Positions 10,449 through 20,628 are shown, numbered from the stretch's first letter. The stretch is DNA of 64,000 bases from an uncultured virus (IMG/VR IMGVR_UViG_3300043773_000315) (IMGVR_UViG_3300043773_000315), one strand, 5' to 3'. The notes: generated from the sequence alone by a model not told the origin. Numbers and translations are program-made.

Positions 10449-11756
10449 TTAAGGCAATCTAAGTTCGTAGTTAACCATGCCTTGCTTGGCATCAATATCA
10501 TCTATGGCAGATTTTGATCCTATGATCTGAATGGTCGCTGAAGCTGAAGGTACCATTCTATATTTTACTTTACCTTTTTTCCATTCTGCAATATCTAAGT
10601 TTGCCTGCCAAAAGTTTTTACCTGCTAATATTTCAACCATAGCAGCAACAGATTTGGGATCTGAGTTTAATCTATCTGCCATCGATCTTGAGAAGAATGC
10701 TGTCATTGAATATGGAAGTTTATCAACAATCTTTTTATCTGCTGATTTTTTAATTATATCTAAAACTTGTTTTGCTTCAGGTGTTAACTTTTTAGGATTC
10801 TTACCATAAGTTTTTACATTTGTATATATTGCATATGGATCTTTAACCGTTGCTCTTGAAAGTCTCAATACTTTTCTGATACCATATTCATATACGACTT
10901 CTTTTGATCCTTGTTTCGATGTAAGAGCGGCAGAAGAGACGCCTGCTTTTCTGGCCGAATCAATAACATCATTTATGACGCTTCCAGAAGGCACGTTAGA
11001 ATCCATTGCCTTGTTCAGAAGATTCGAAAAGAATGAAGCTTTAGCACCAACACCATACTTTGAGCTAATTGGAACAACAGTGCCGTTGCTCATAACAAGA
11101 AAACTATCTACACCAGAGAACGAAGGATCAGTAGGAACACAGAACATATCAACTGTACCTTTGTAGAACTTTGTAGAAAAAGGTTGTGTGTTATTCTTAA
11201 GTGCAAGTAGTCCTATGATTACTTCACCAACATATTTACCCAACTCATTAATATCTGAGTCTGGTATTTGTTTTTGCCAAATGAGTGTTTCATAGTTGCT
11301 CTTTGCAAAGCTCTCAAAAACTTCTATAATACTTTCAGATACTTTAGAATTTGATTTAAGACCTTTAAGTATAGAGTTCATCAAAGATGTATGATTACTG
11401 AACGTCATACAATCAACTTTTTTACCACCAAACGCAACTTGCTTCTTTGTTCCATATTTTGTCAAAGTCTCGGCTCTTACACCTAGATTTTCTGTAGCAC
11501 CTTTCTTAAGAATTGGTTTGCCGATATATTTCTCTGAAACGAAACCTTCTACTTCTTTTCCTTTTTTCACATATTTAATTTGATACTTGGGAGAGAAGGC
11601 TGGCATCTTGACAACTGTGATAGGTGAACCATCTTCTAAAGTGTCAATGAATGCGTTTTCACCGTCAGTAACTTTAGCTGGTCCTTTAACTATTGCAGTT
11701 TGAACATCTTCTTTAGAGAAGTATTTTTGCCATTTTTGTGCGCCAGTGCTAGCCAT
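10449..11756 (-). CDS. Hypothetical protein, possible PD-(D/E)xK-like fold
   Basis: 435-aa ORF; GEV...GVDS...ISSK spacing loosely recalls the restriction-endonuclease-like motif. Confidence 0.5.
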   Translation of the reverse strand: MASTGAQKWQKYFSKEDVQTAIVKGPAKVTDGENAFIDTLEDGSPITVVKMPAFSPKYQIKYVKKGKEVEGFVSEKYIGKPILKKGATENLGVRAETLTKYGTKKQVAFGGKKVDCMTFSNHTSLMNSILKGLKSNSKVSESIIEVFESFAKSNYETLIWQKQIPDSDINELGKYVGEVIIGLLALKNNTQPFSTKFYKGTVDMFCVPTDPSFSGVDSFLVMSNGTVVPISSKYGVGAKASFFSNLLNKAMDSNVPSGSVINDVIDSARKAGVSSAALTSKQGSKEVVYEYGIRKVLRLSRATVKDPYAIYTNVKTYGKNPKKLTPEAKQVLDIIKKSADKKIVDKLPYSMTAFFSRSMADRLNSDPKSVAAMVEILAGKNFWQANLDIAEWKKGKVKYRMVPSASATIQIIGSKSAIDDIDAKQGMVNYELRLP

Positions 11757-11785
11757 TTTTTAGTTCCAAAATTTGGTTTTATTCT

Positions 11786-11980
11786 TTATTTATCTTCTTT
11801 TTCCTCAAACTCTTTCCACTTGTCCAATGGGCAGGAAACGAAGGGTAGCAAAGTCTTGTAGTCCATAAAGCATCCACATTCAGCACATTGAGAATTTCTA
11901 GGATTGAATCTATCACATCCTCTACAAACAGACAGTCTTTCTTCTGAGATTTTAAATCTGTTCTTAAAAAAGTTCTTCAT
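11786..11980 (-). CDS. Small Cys-rich (zinc-binding) phage protein
   Basis: ERLSVCRGC...CAECGC...K...CPLDKW. Confidence 0.7.
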   Translation of the reverse strand: MKNFFKNRFKISEERLSVCRGCDRFNPRNSQCAECGCFMDYKTLLPFVSCPLDKWKEFEEKEDK

Positions 11981-12036
11981 AACAAGTCTCCAAAAATTGA
12001 TTATATATAACTATGTATATCATCATGGAGTACATA

Positions 12037-13311
12037 ATGTCTGATAAAATCTTTGTGCAAATTGCTGCCTATCGTGATCCAGAACTTCTTCCAACAATCC
12101 GAGATTGTATTAAACGGGCTGATAATCCAGAAGACCTTGTGTTTGCCATTGCTTGGCAACGGGCTAAGGAAGATACCTGGGACACTTTGGAAGAATATAA
12201 AAACGATTCACGATTTAAGATCATCGAAATTGATTATAAAGAAGCACAAGGTACCTGTTGGGCTAGACATCTTTTAAATGAAGCGTATGACGGCGAAAAA
12301 TATACGTTGCAGTTAGACAGTCATCATAGATTTGTTCGTGGATGGGATACCAAGTGTAAGAAGATGATGTTAGATTTGATAGAAGAAGGATACTCAAAGC
12401 CTCTTCTCACAGCATATGTTCCTTCGTATGATCCAGACAATGATCCTGCCTCGAGAGCAAAGGAAGTTTGGAAACTTACTTTTGATAGATTTACACCAGA
12501 AGGTGTGGTGTTTATGCTTCCTACTGGAGTAGATGACATTGACATTTACAAGTTACCTATTCCTACTAGATTCTTTTCTGCTCATTTTATGTTCACTTTT
12601 GGACAATTTATCAAAGATGTGCCTTACGATCCAAATTTATACTTTCACGGTGAAGAGATTACGATGGCAGTTCGTGCTTATACGCACGGATACGATCTGT
12701 TTATTCCCAATGAGATTATTTGTTGGCACGAATATACTAGAAAAAAGCGTGTTCGCCACTGGGATGAAAAAGATAATGGATGGGAAAAAAGAAATGATGC
12801 TTCTCTAAAGAGATCAAAACAACTTCTACAAGTTGATGGCGATAAAGCAAACTATGATTTTGGTATATATGGTTTTGGCACAGAAAGAACGAAACAAGAT
12901 TATGAAGAATATGCTGGAATAAGATTTGAAGATAGAGCAGTGCAGCAATATACTCTAGAACATTATGATCCACCAAATCCTATCTACAGAAACGAGATTG
13001 CTCGTCAAAAGTCTTATAAAAACATTTTCAAACATTGTCTAGATGTATGGAAAGAATCAATTACAGAAACAGACTGTGATTTTTGGGTTGTTGCATTTAA
13101 AGACGAAAAAGATAACGACATGTATAGAGAAGACGCTAACAAATACGAAATTGAAAATATTGTTAATAATCCAGAAACTCTTGATGGCGACTTCTACAAT
13201 ATTTGGAGACAGTTTGACACAAAAAAGAGACCGCACAAATGGATTGTATGGCCTCATAGTGCGAGTAAAGGATGGTTAGATCCTATAGAAAATACTATTC
13301 CTGATATTTAA
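12037..13311 (+). CDS. Glycosyltransferase of the Skp1-hydroxyproline GlcNAc-transferase (GT60-like) family
   Basis: IFVQIAAYRDPEL, GTCWAR, LQLDSHHRF, PYDPNLYFHGEE, WHEY motifs; GGAG RBS before ATG 12037. Confidence 0.8.
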   Translation: MSDKIFVQIAAYRDPELLPTIRDCIKRADNPEDLVFAIAWQRAKEDTWDTLEEYKNDSRFKIIEIDYKEAQGTCWARHLLNEAYDGEKYTLQLDSHHRFVRGWDTKCKKMMLDLIEEGYSKPLLTAYVPSYDPDNDPASRAKEVWKLTFDRFTPEGVVFMLPTGVDDIDIYKLPIPTRFFSAHFMFTFGQFIKDVPYDPNLYFHGEEITMAVRAYTHGYDLFIPNEIICWHEYTRKKRVRHWDEKDNGWEKRNDASLKRSKQLLQVDGDKANYDFGIYGFGTERTKQDYEEYAGIRFEDRAVQQYTLEHYDPPNPIYRNEIARQKSYKNIFKHCLDVWKESITETDCDFWVVAFKDEKDNDMYREDANKYEIENIVNNPETLDGDFYNIWRQFDTKKRPHKWIVWPHSASKGWLDPIENTIPDI

Positions 13312-13751
13312 GACTTCATACCAGCAGTAGCACGAAGCATCCAACCGTGCTTCTTGTGAATGTCCATACGGTCTTGCAGAAAGTTGGCCAAACCTAGTTC
13401 GCCTTCTTTATCTGCAAGATCGTATGCTTGTTTGAGTGCATCAAGGATGATATTATTATCATTGATTAGAATCTGAAACATTCTTTCTGCTGTCGGAATG
13501 GTATCAGATTCCTCAATTCTTGTAAGTTCCTTGATTCTGTCTAATGAACTGGGAGCGAAAGAGTTCACAGCGCGGATCTGTTCTGCAATCGTGTCCACTG
13601 CACCATGCAATTCTTCGTATAGATTGCCAAAGAAAGCATGATACTCAGAAAAATTTGGACCAATTACGTTCCAGTGAAAAGAGTGCGTCTTTAGATACAT
13701 AGTGAATGTATCGGCCAAAACAATCTTTAATACGTTATGAAGTTCTTCCAT
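13308..13751 (-). CDS. dps: Dps ferritin-like DNA-protection protein
   Basis: KTHSFHWNVIG, H..F...YEE, D.IAEQIR, HKKHGWML. Confidence 0.92.
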   Translation of the reverse strand: MEELHNVLKIVLADTFTMYLKTHSFHWNVIGPNFSEYHAFFGNLYEELHGAVDTIAEQIRAVNSFAPSSLDRIKELTRIEESDTIPTAERMFQILINDNNIILDALKQAYDLADKEGELGLANFLQDRMDIHKKHGWMLRATAGMKS

Positions 13752-13782
13752 TTTATTCTCCCATAAGTGATACGATTATTTA

Positions 13783-14124
13783 TTAACCTACCACCTTAAT
13801 CTCCACTTTACAAACGCCATGACAACCTATTGCGCGGGCTGCGGCTCTTGATAGATCAATCGTACGGCCCTTAATAAACGGACCGCGGTCATTGATTCTA
13901 ACGATAACAGATTTACCTTTATATGTGACACGAACTTTTGTGCCGAACGGTAATGTTCTATGTGCTGCTGTCAGTGCATTAGGATTAAACTTCTCGCCAT
14001 TGGCGGTTCTTTTACTCTTACTGCACTGTCCAGGTGTTGCACAGTCATACCATGAAGCAATTGTTGCTTCGGCCGGGCTGATGAATAACATCAATCCAAC
14101 CAATAAAGTTACTAATGATTTCAT
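13783..14124 (-). CDS. rlpA: RlpA-family lytic transglycosylase (DPBB domain) with signal peptide
   Basis: [37 protein letters not shown]. Confidence 0.9.
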   Translation of the reverse strand: MKSLVTLLVGLMLFISPAEATIASWYDCATPGQCSKSKRTANGEKFNPNALTAAHRTLPFGTKVRVTYKGKSVIVRINDRGPFIKGRTIDLSRAAARAIGCHGVCKVEIKVVG

Positions 14125-14134
14125 ATATGGTTCC

Positions 14135-14803
14135 TTATCCTATTTTGAACGTGATCTTGGAATTATCCTTAATCACGAAAGGCTTGAGTGCCTCCTTTTC
14201 TAAGACAACCATACTGTTATAGAACGAAACGGAGTACAGATTGTGAAATGTCTTTAGCACAGTTTCATCAATCTTGTTTTGAAAATGCTGTTGATTCACA
14301 ACGTCAGTTATAGTCTGTGAGTAAGAAAGAAAAGACGAATCTTTTCTAAACTCTCCACCCCATTTTGGCCAGTAACTCGTATGTGTGTCTTCGCAAATAT
14401 AAACTCCGCCCTCCCGTAAATGCGGAAATGTTTGTTGAAGTGTAATGATTTGATGGTGCATGACATGGCTACCATCATCAATGATGATATCAAAGTCGTT
14501 GTGTTCTGACATTAAACTTTCCCAGAACTCAATCGAACCTTGATCTCCCATAACAACTGTCGCATCACCATCATATTTGTATTGTAGACATCTTGGATCA
14601 ATGTCTACGCCTATGACTTTAGTTCCTTCTCCGAAGTATTTAAGCCATAATTCTATTGAACCGCCGCCAAGAACACCAATCTCCAAAATCTTTGGTGCTT
14701 TGCCTACAAACTTGCCAAGATGCTTTTCATATACATCAAAGTATCCAGACCATTTTGTAGATGGCTTTTCGGTTTCATCAAAAAGTTTTTCAATCGTATT
14801 CAT
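14135..14803 (-). CDS. Class I SAM-dependent (sugar O-)methyltransferase
   Basis: [30 protein letters not shown]. Confidence 0.85.
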   Translation of the reverse strand: MNTIEKLFDETEKPSTKWSGYFDVYEKHLGKFVGKAPKILEIGVLGGGSIELWLKYFGEGTKVIGVDIDPRCLQYKYDGDATVVMGDQGSIEFWESLMSEHNDFDIIIDDGSHVMHHQIITLQQTFPHLREGGVYICEDTHTSYWPKWGGEFRKDSSFLSYSQTITDVVNQQHFQNKIDETVLKTFHNLYSVSFYNSMVVLEKEALKPFVIKDNSKITFKIG

Positions 14804-15998
14804 TATTTAGTCCCTCGCAATATACAAATGGGAAATATCTTAGAAACATGTCCTTGTTATCAGGTCTGAGTGTTTTAATCTTCTTGTGTATTTCATCATA
14901 AAAATTCCATGCAAGAGGAACAAATGCAACGTCTTGCTTTTCATTCTGTAAGACTTCTGAACCATATACAGGAACATGCATACCTGGTGTGTAGAGTCCC
15001 TGCTTCATAGGATTATCATCAACGATATAGTCAAGTTCAATCTTGGAAGCATTTAGCAGAGTATTACCTTTTGCTGGTGCACCATAGCCGATAACCTTCA
15101 TTGTCTTACGAAGGGCCTCGACATGAGAAGCAAACTCATTAATGACTTCCTTGCTGTTCTCGACATACTCTTTGTAGACATGTTCATCATACAGACCTTT
15201 AAGTTTTTCTTCTTCCATAAGAAGTTGAATGTAAGAAGGTCTTGCTTTAGTTTTTGAGATGATAAAGATATAACTTGTGCCATGAATTGGATGTCTTACA
15301 ACATCAATCAAGTTCAACTTTGCCCTCTTACACAGTTCATTCATTGAGCGAATGTTATAGAAAGAAAGATGTTCGTGATATATTGTGTCAAACTCCATAT
15401 TCACAATCATATCGGCCTGAGAAACTGTGATGTAGATATAACCATCGTCAGACACAACATTACTCATATTCTCTAGGAACTCTAGTTGATTATAGTTATG
15501 AGCAAAAGCATTCTGACAGATTACAGCACCAAAACCAGTTTTTGAATAATTCTTATCGAAATAACCACAATGAACATGATGATTGCGCGAACTAATTACA
15601 TGAAGATTGGTTGCAGGATCAACGCCGAAAGTCAGTGCACCATATCTTTTGAATGCATCAAGTTGTGAACCATCATTACAGCCAATATCTAATACTCGTT
15701 CAGCTTTATGATTTTCCATAACAAACTTTGCAAACCAATCAAAGTAATCCAACTGTGTCTTTGCGGTACCAGACACATACAGATAGTTCTTGAACAGCAA
15801 GTCAGGATTGACCTTGTGTGTCAACTGTACATGATAACAATCCTTACAATAGTTTGTTGCAAGAGGAAACTTGTCTTCTGAATCTTTCGGACTCTTTAGA
15901 AAAGAATTAGCAAGTGGTTGAACACCTAAGTCGAGTAAAGGTTTTAGATGTGTGCCACCACAAGCAATACACTCTTTGATTTCTACACAGTTTTCCAT
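14790..15998 (-). CDS. NDP-sugar C-methyltransferase with zinc-binding N-terminus
   Basis: CIACG...C..C, LDIGCNDG, FDTIYHEH, HG.S, GYGAPAKGNTLL, DDNPMKQGLYTPG, LAWNF. Confidence 0.88.
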   Translation of the reverse strand: MENCVEIKECIACGGTHLKPLLDLGVQPLANSFLKSPKDSEDKFPLATNYCKDCYHVQLTHKVNPDLLFKNYLYVSGTAKTQLDYFDWFAKFVMENHKAERVLDIGCNDGSQLDAFKRYGALTFGVDPATNLHVISSRNHHVHCGYFDKNYSKTGFGAVICQNAFAHNYNQLEFLENMSNVVSDDGYIYITVSQADMIVNMEFDTIYHEHLSFYNIRSMNELCKRAKLNLIDVVRHPIHGTSYIFIISKTKARPSYIQLLMEEEKLKGLYDEHVYKEYVENSKEVINEFASHVEALRKTMKVIGYGAPAKGNTLLNASKIELDYIVDDNPMKQGLYTPGMHVPVYGSEVLQNEKQDVAFVPLAWNFYDEIHKKIKTLRPDNKDMFLRYFPFVYCEGLNNEYD

Positions 15999-15999
15999 C

Positions 16000-17025
16000 T
16001 TACATTCCTAACCATTTGGTGTTATTTACATACCAATCAGATACCTCTTTAATTCTATCACTAAGAGCCACGCGAGGTTCCCAGCCGAGAGAACGCATAA
16101 GATCACCGGATAAAGCATAACGTAAGTCATGCCCTGGTCTGGATGTATGGAAGTCAACCATTTCATATTTTAGTTCCTTACCTTGAGCAGACGCAATCAT
16201 CTTAGCTAGAGACAGATTGTCCACTTCTTCTTTGCCAACGATATTAAACTTGCGACACTTTGCCATGCCATAATCAGGTTCAAGTTGTGGATTGTTCTGC
16301 AAAAGGAACAGCAGAGCATCAGCCACATCACGCGCATGTACGTAGAAGCGCGAACCAGCCTTTGTCTTTGTTGCATCAGCATGGATTGTTACAGTCTCAT
16401 CATGCAAGACCTTCTTGATGCAAAGTGGAATAAACTTTTCGGGTGTTTGACGTTCACCAAACACATTCATTGTGTGAGTGATCATCATGGGCATCTTGTA
16501 TGTGTTTTCATACGCAACACACAGTTCTTCTGCTCCAGCCTTCGATGCGGAGTATGGATTGGTCGAGTTATATCGATCACGTTCCTTGTAAGCGACACCA
16601 GGAGGTGCAACACCAAAGATTTCATCGGTGCTGAAATACAGAAACATTTCTAGATGATCCAACTTGCGGGCATACTCTAGCAGATTGGCCGTGCCCATGA
16701 TGTTGTCTGTGATAAACTCAAGAGGATGTGTGATAGACCTATCTACGTGTGATGCTGCGGCTAAGTGAAGAATGATATCTACCTTGCCAATAAAGTTTTG
16801 CACAAGAGGATTCAGTTCAGCCTTCAAATCATGAAAGACTGTTCTAACTCGCTTTTGTGTTTCGTAGGGATATGGATCAATAACTTCGTGTAGACGATTA
16901 AGATTTCCAGAATAGTCAAGACGATCCAGTGTAATGATATTCCAATCTGTCTTTTGCAGAAACAAGTCCACAACATGATGTGCAATAAAGCCTGCACCGC
17001 CTGTAATTAATACCGTTTTACTCAT
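16000..17025 (-). CDS. rfbB: dTDP-glucose 4,6-dehydratase
   Basis: LITGGAGFI, HLAAASHVDRSI, STDE, PYSASK, RPGHDLRYA. Confidence 0.88.
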   Translation of the reverse strand: MSKTVLITGGAGFIAHHVVDLFLQKTDWNIITLDRLDYSGNLNRLHEVIDPYPYETQKRVRTVFHDLKAELNPLVQNFIGKVDIILHLAAASHVDRSITHPLEFITDNIMGTANLLEYARKLDHLEMFLYFSTDEIFGVAPPGVAYKERDRYNSTNPYSASKAGAEELCVAYENTYKMPMMITHTMNVFGERQTPEKFIPLCIKKVLHDETVTIHADATKTKAGSRFYVHARDVADALLFLLQNNPQLEPDYGMAKCRKFNIVGKEEVDNLSLAKMIASAQGKELKYEMVDFHTSRPGHDLRYALSGDLMRSLGWEPRVALSDRIKEVSDWYVNNTKWLGM

Positions 17026-17707
17026 CAATGTAATCTCCACTTGGTGCTATATTACCACATACACCAATTTTGTCAAGTTCAATCGTCTTATATGTATGCA
17101 AGTTTTTATAGTAAGAATGCTCAACATCTATTCCATATGTTGCACAATCTTGAAGTATCTTTGAAAGATTTAATTGAAATGTATCTAGAAGATTGTAGTC
17201 CATGTGCCAACAGCGAAGACGGAATAGTTTATGCGCTCCAATACTATCTTGTCTATGCTTTGGCATCCATGAATCAAGAGCGGTCGCAAATACAAACGCA
17301 TCCTTGAAGTCTTCTCTATCAACAATGAAGTTGTCGTTCAGTCTGTAACGACCAGAGAGTTTATAGATGCGTTTTGATTTGAAGTCTTGCTTTTGAAACC
17401 AATTGAGGAAATACAGAAACGTGATGCATTCTGCGATGCTTCGCTGGCCCAACTGAGAAAATCTCTTAACGTCTGGCTCGTCACCAGTATAAAAGATAAT
17501 TACGCCTCTATTGCTAAGTTCCTGGAAGTATTCTACATTGGGACGTTCTGGAGAAGAATCGAAGATGAATACTTGATTATTTGGGCAATACTTGTTGATG
17601 GAATCAAGAGTTTCAACAGTCTGCTTGAAACGTTCTTCTTCATTATAGATAGAAAGTTGATTGACTTTCAGTGCATGATTAACAAAAAATATTCCATCAT
17701 ATATCAT
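17018..17707 (-). CDS. Hypothetical protein (glycan-island associated)
   Basis: ERFKQTVETL.SI and IYKLSGRY motifs; 229-aa ORF. Confidence 0.6.
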   Translation of the reverse strand: MIYDGIFFVNHALKVNQLSIYNEEERFKQTVETLDSINKYCPNNQVFIFDSSPERPNVEYFQELSNRGVIIFYTGDEPDVKRFSQLGQRSIAECITFLYFLNWFQKQDFKSKRIYKLSGRYRLNDNFIVDREDFKDAFVFATALDSWMPKHRQDSIGAHKLFRLRCWHMDYNLLDTFQLNLSKILQDCATYGIDVEHSYYKNLHTYKTIELDKIGVCGNIAPSGDYIDE

Positions 17708-17724
17708 AGTTTGCTCACATAAAA

Positions 17725-17798
17725 TGGTGCCCCCACAGGGAATCGAACCCCAAACCGCGGATTACAAAGCCGCTGTTATACCATTTAACTATAAGGGC
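17725..17798 (-). tRNA. tRNA-Thr(UGU)
   Basis: Cloverleaf; loop TT-TGT-AA; GGTTCGATTCC; encoded CCA. Confidence 0.9.
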
Positions 17799-17837
17799 TA
17801 ATATCATATATATAGTCGTGTGTGAAAAGGATTTAAA

Positions 17838-18401
17838 ATGCCCACATTAGAACAATTTGAAACAAATTGCGTGTCAATAGAAAAATTACAAAAGATTTAC
17901 TCCTTTACAGTTATGGTTGAAACAGGATGCTACATTGGAGAATCTTTAGAACATGCTTCATCTTATGATTTTATACTGGAAATATATTCTTGTGATATAA
18001 ATGAAGATTTCGTTGATGCGTGTAAGAAAAAATTTCAAAGCAAATCACATATAAAAATATTCAACGAAGATTCACATTCTTTTCTTCATAGACTATTGCC
18101 TTCACTAGATCATCATGATAGCATTTTTTTCTGGCTAGACGCACACTATTGGAAATCTTATATTCCTGAGTATAATAATATAGACTATCCTCTTGTGAAA
18201 GAACTAAACATCATTGATCAGTATAGAAAAGATAAAAATGATGTTATTGTCATTGACGATGTTTATACTTATATTAAAAAATCAGAAAATTTTAAACATA
18301 CACACAATATTCCAAAAACAGGCACTGAGTTTTTAAAGAAGTTTAACTATAGCATTACAAACTTTGATTCTGATTCTGGCTATCTTTTACTTACAAGATA
18401 A
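17838..18401 (+). CDS. Putative SAM-dependent methyltransferase
   Basis: VETGCYIGES, FWLDAH, IVIDD; AT-rich; opposite strand to neighbours. Confidence 0.65.
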   Translation: MPTLEQFETNCVSIEKLQKIYSFTVMVETGCYIGESLEHASSYDFILEIYSCDINEDFVDACKKKFQSKSHIKIFNEDSHSFLHRLLPSLDHHDSIFFWLDAHYWKSYIPEYNNIDYPLVKELNIIDQYRKDKNDVIVIDDVYTYIKKSENFKHTHNIPKTGTEFLKKFNYSITNFDSDSGYLLLTR

Positions 18402-18408
18402 TTTATAT

Positions 18409-18990
18409 CTAAACTTTTTTAGACCTCTTTACATTATAAAGCTTTTCGTGTATCGATGAATAATCTCTCGGCATATATAAAACATTCAACAAGCATCTTG
18501 TTGTTCCTATCGAACTACCCACAACGTGCCAGTGATTTGGTTTATTAGCAAATAGAAAAGCTGTATTTTTCTTCCACTCAACTTTTTTGACAAAATTTTT
18601 ATTATCGTCGTATAATTCAGTGCCTGATCCTGTGTCAGATATAGGAATTAAACATGATAGTTGTTTATCGAAACTATCAGTGTGTAAGTACATGCCATGT
18701 TTCTCGTAGTCGGTGCAATTGTTATAAGAGACATATTGTAATACGACACGACTTTCAATCATAGTTAGTTTTGGAATTTCTAGTTTATCACAAAATATAG
18801 AGTACAGATCAAAAAGATAACTATGAAAGTTTTTGTTGTTGCCTTCATAATTAATCAGCGATCTATGATTTTGTGTTTTTAAGTCTAGAATTTTATTTGC
18901 GGTATCTTCCGCTTCTTTAAACATATCATCGGGCAAAAAATTAGGAATACTATAATGTAACCAGGGATCAGTATATCTTTGAAATTCCAT
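18409..18990 (-). CDS. 2OG-Fe(II) oxygenase-like protein
   Basis: HTD...GTELY...HWH...R; start moved to MEFQ because the longer ORF runs through tRNA-Leu. Confidence 0.7.
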   Translation of the reverse strand: MEFQRYTDPWLHYSIPNFLPDDMFKEAEDTANKILDLKTQNHRSLINYEGNNKNFHSYLFDLYSIFCDKLEIPKLTMIESRVVLQYVSYNNCTDYEKHGMYLHTDSFDKQLSCLIPISDTGSGTELYDDNKNFVKKVEWKKNTAFLFANKPNHWHVVGSSIGTTRCLLNVLYMPRDYSSIHEKLYNVKRSKKV

Positions 18991-19007
18991 TATACTACCT
19001 ATAAAAT

Positions 19008-19089
19008 TGGTGCGGATAGAGGGACTTGAACCCCCACGCCGAAGCACTAGTTCCTAAGACTAGCGTGTCTGCCATTTCACCATATCCGC
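19008..19089 (-). tRNA. tRNA-Leu(UAG)
   Basis: CTAGT-CTTAGGA-ACTAG anticodon arm; long variable arm; CCA. Confidence 0.92.
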
Positions 19090-19090
19090 G

Positions 19091-19162
19091 TAGCCGATGA
19101 GAGGGTCGAACTCCCGACATTCTGCGTGTAAAGCAGCTACTCTACCACTGAGTTAATCGGCT
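19091..19162 (-). tRNA. tRNA-Val(UAC), CCA not encoded
   Basis: AGCCGAT/ATCGGCT acceptor; loop TT-TAC-AC. Confidence 0.85.
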
Positions 19163-19209
19163 ATGAAGACTAGCCCGTACACCTTAGTGCAGAGGAGCTA
19201 GCCATATTT

Positions 19210-19383
19210 TTACATTCCTGATGTAAGAGCAGTAATGGAGTCGTGAACCCACAACCACCAAGCTGCTGCGGCTGCAACGATAGCAGCAGCACCCTTCTTT
19301 ACATCCCAGCCGTTCTGCCATAGATTCCAAAGAACCCAAAGAACTGCCGCAACTAAAACTAAAACTACGATTGTGTTTAGCAT
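19210..19383 (-). CDS. Small two-helix membrane protein (57 aa)
   Basis: MLNTIVVLVLVAAVLWVLWNLWQNGWDVKKGAAAIVAAAAAWWLWVHDSITALTSGM; GAGG RBS; CTAAATA upstream; not in the ORF track. Confidence 0.7.
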   Translation of the reverse strand: MLNTIVVLVLVAAVLWVLWNLWQNGWDVKKGAAAIVAAAAAWWLWVHDSITALTSGM

Positions 19384-19429
19384 GTTATTACCTCATTAGG
19401 CCGTGATTGGCCTATCATTATTTAGAAAA

Positions 19430-19504
19430 TGGAGCGGGCAATGGGGATCGAACCCATGACCTTCTGCTTGGCAAGCAGACGCACTACCCCTGTGCTATAC
19501 CCGC
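19430..19504 (-). tRNA. tRNA-Gly(GCC)
   Basis: TCTGC-TTGCCAA-GCAGA; ends TCCA. Confidence 0.92.
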
Positions 19505-19507
19505 GAT

Positions 19508-19583
19508 TGGTGCGTCTTCCAAGTTTCGAACTGGGTTGTTCGGCTTATGAGACCGATGAGATTGCCAACACCTCCCAAGACGC
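19508..19583 (-). tRNA. tRNA-Met(CAU)
   Basis: TCGGT-CTCATAA-GCCGA; CCA; Met versus Ile2 identity not certain. Confidence 0.82.
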
Positions 19584-19700
19584 TTATAATGATTTACTGA
19601 GCAACCTAATCTCATCAATAGCCTTAGACTTCTCTTCTTTGTCTCTAGAGCCTACAAGAAGATATAGTATGAGACATGCTATGTGTTTTTCGGTTGTCAT
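19584..19700 (-). CDS. Small hypothetical protein (38 aa)
   Basis: MTTEKHIACLILYLLVGSRDKEEKSKAIDEIRLLSKSL; fills the spacer between two tRNAs; GAGAG RBS. Confidence 0.45.
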   Translation of the reverse strand: MTTEKHIACLILYLLVGSRDKEEKSKAIDEIRLLSKSL

Positions 19701-19714
19701 TATCACTCTCTAAA

Positions 19715-19790
19715 TGGTGCTGCCTCTCTGAATCGAACAGAGTCCCCACGCTCTTCAGGCGTATGTACGCACCAGCTATACCAAGGCAGC
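19715..19790 (-). tRNA. tRNA-Phe(GAA)
   Basis: TACGC-CTGAAGA-GCGTG; CCA. Confidence 0.88.
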
Positions 19791-20465
19791 CAGAATTTTT
19801 CTTGTTTCTTCCCAATTTTTTACATTATACACTACATCGGCCACTTTTGCAAGAGGATAATCGTTTCCACCTTTCTCGCACTTGTCGCCAAAGAATACCA
19901 GTTTATTCTCTATCCAATCTTTAACTTGCGACTTATCTTTTCCTTTTGGATAGATATCAAGTCCAGTCTCGCCAGCAATAGTGCAATCCAGTTCAGGAAA
20001 TAGTTTTCTGATACGTTCTGCAATTTGCACTCGTTCATTTGTTGCATTGTCCCATTCGACATACAATGCTCTTTGTGCTTTGTCTGCATTACGACCAACG
20101 ACTGAGAAATTGACCATTCCTGTTCTCATCTCAGAATGTTTGCCAGTACGAATGTTAAAGCCACTCTTGCGCTTTTCATATTCCAAAGTCATGAACAAGA
20201 TACCGCCCGCTTTCCAAGTGGACTGATATCTAACTTTGTCTTTTGAACGAACTTCGTTGCCACAGCAATTGAATATAAACGAACACGAATCAATAACTTC
20301 TTGACCTACTTGTTCTAATGTTTTTGGATAATCTGAGCCTGTAACAAGACACACATCATGCTTGTTCGCAAACTCAACAAACTCTTTGCGAAATTGTTCT
20401 TCCATTACTGAACGACTAGGAGTCAGTGTACCATCAACATCAAAACAGTAAGTAGTCTTTTCCAT
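19776..20465 (-). CDS. HAD-IIB phosphomannomutase (eukaryotic PMM-like)
   Basis: FDVDGTLTPSR, VTGSD, R.GMVNFS.VGRNA, DIYPKGKDK, FFGDKCEKGGNDY. Confidence 0.88.
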   Translation of the reverse strand: MEKTTYCFDVDGTLTPSRSVMEEQFRKEFVEFANKHDVCLVTGSDYPKTLEQVGQEVIDSCSFIFNCCGNEVRSKDKVRYQSTWKAGGILFMTLEYEKRKSGFNIRTGKHSEMRTGMVNFSVVGRNADKAQRALYVEWDNATNERVQIAERIRKLFPELDCTIAGETGLDIYPKGKDKSQVKDWIENKLVFFGDKCEKGGNDYPLAKVADVVYNVKNWEETRKILAALV

Positions 20466-20466
20466 T

Positions 20467-20613
20467 TCAACCTTTCAACAATTGAGGCGCCGATTCGTTC
20501 AATTGCTTATTTTCGTATTCTTTCTTCTTAGCATCATATTGTTCATTTGTCAAGTTATGCCAACCGCAACACTTGCCATCTGGACTACGTCCACAACCAC
20601 AGTCTTTACTCAT
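20467..20613 (-). CDS. Small CDGSH-like metal/Fe-S binding protein (48 aa)
   Basis: MSKDCGCGRSPDGKCCGWHNLTNEQY...; AGGAG RBS; not in the ORF track. Confidence 0.7.
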   Translation of the reverse strand: MSKDCGCGRSPDGKCCGWHNLTNEQYDAKKKEYENKQLNESAPQLLKG

Positions 20614-20628
20614 TTGTTTCTCCTATAT

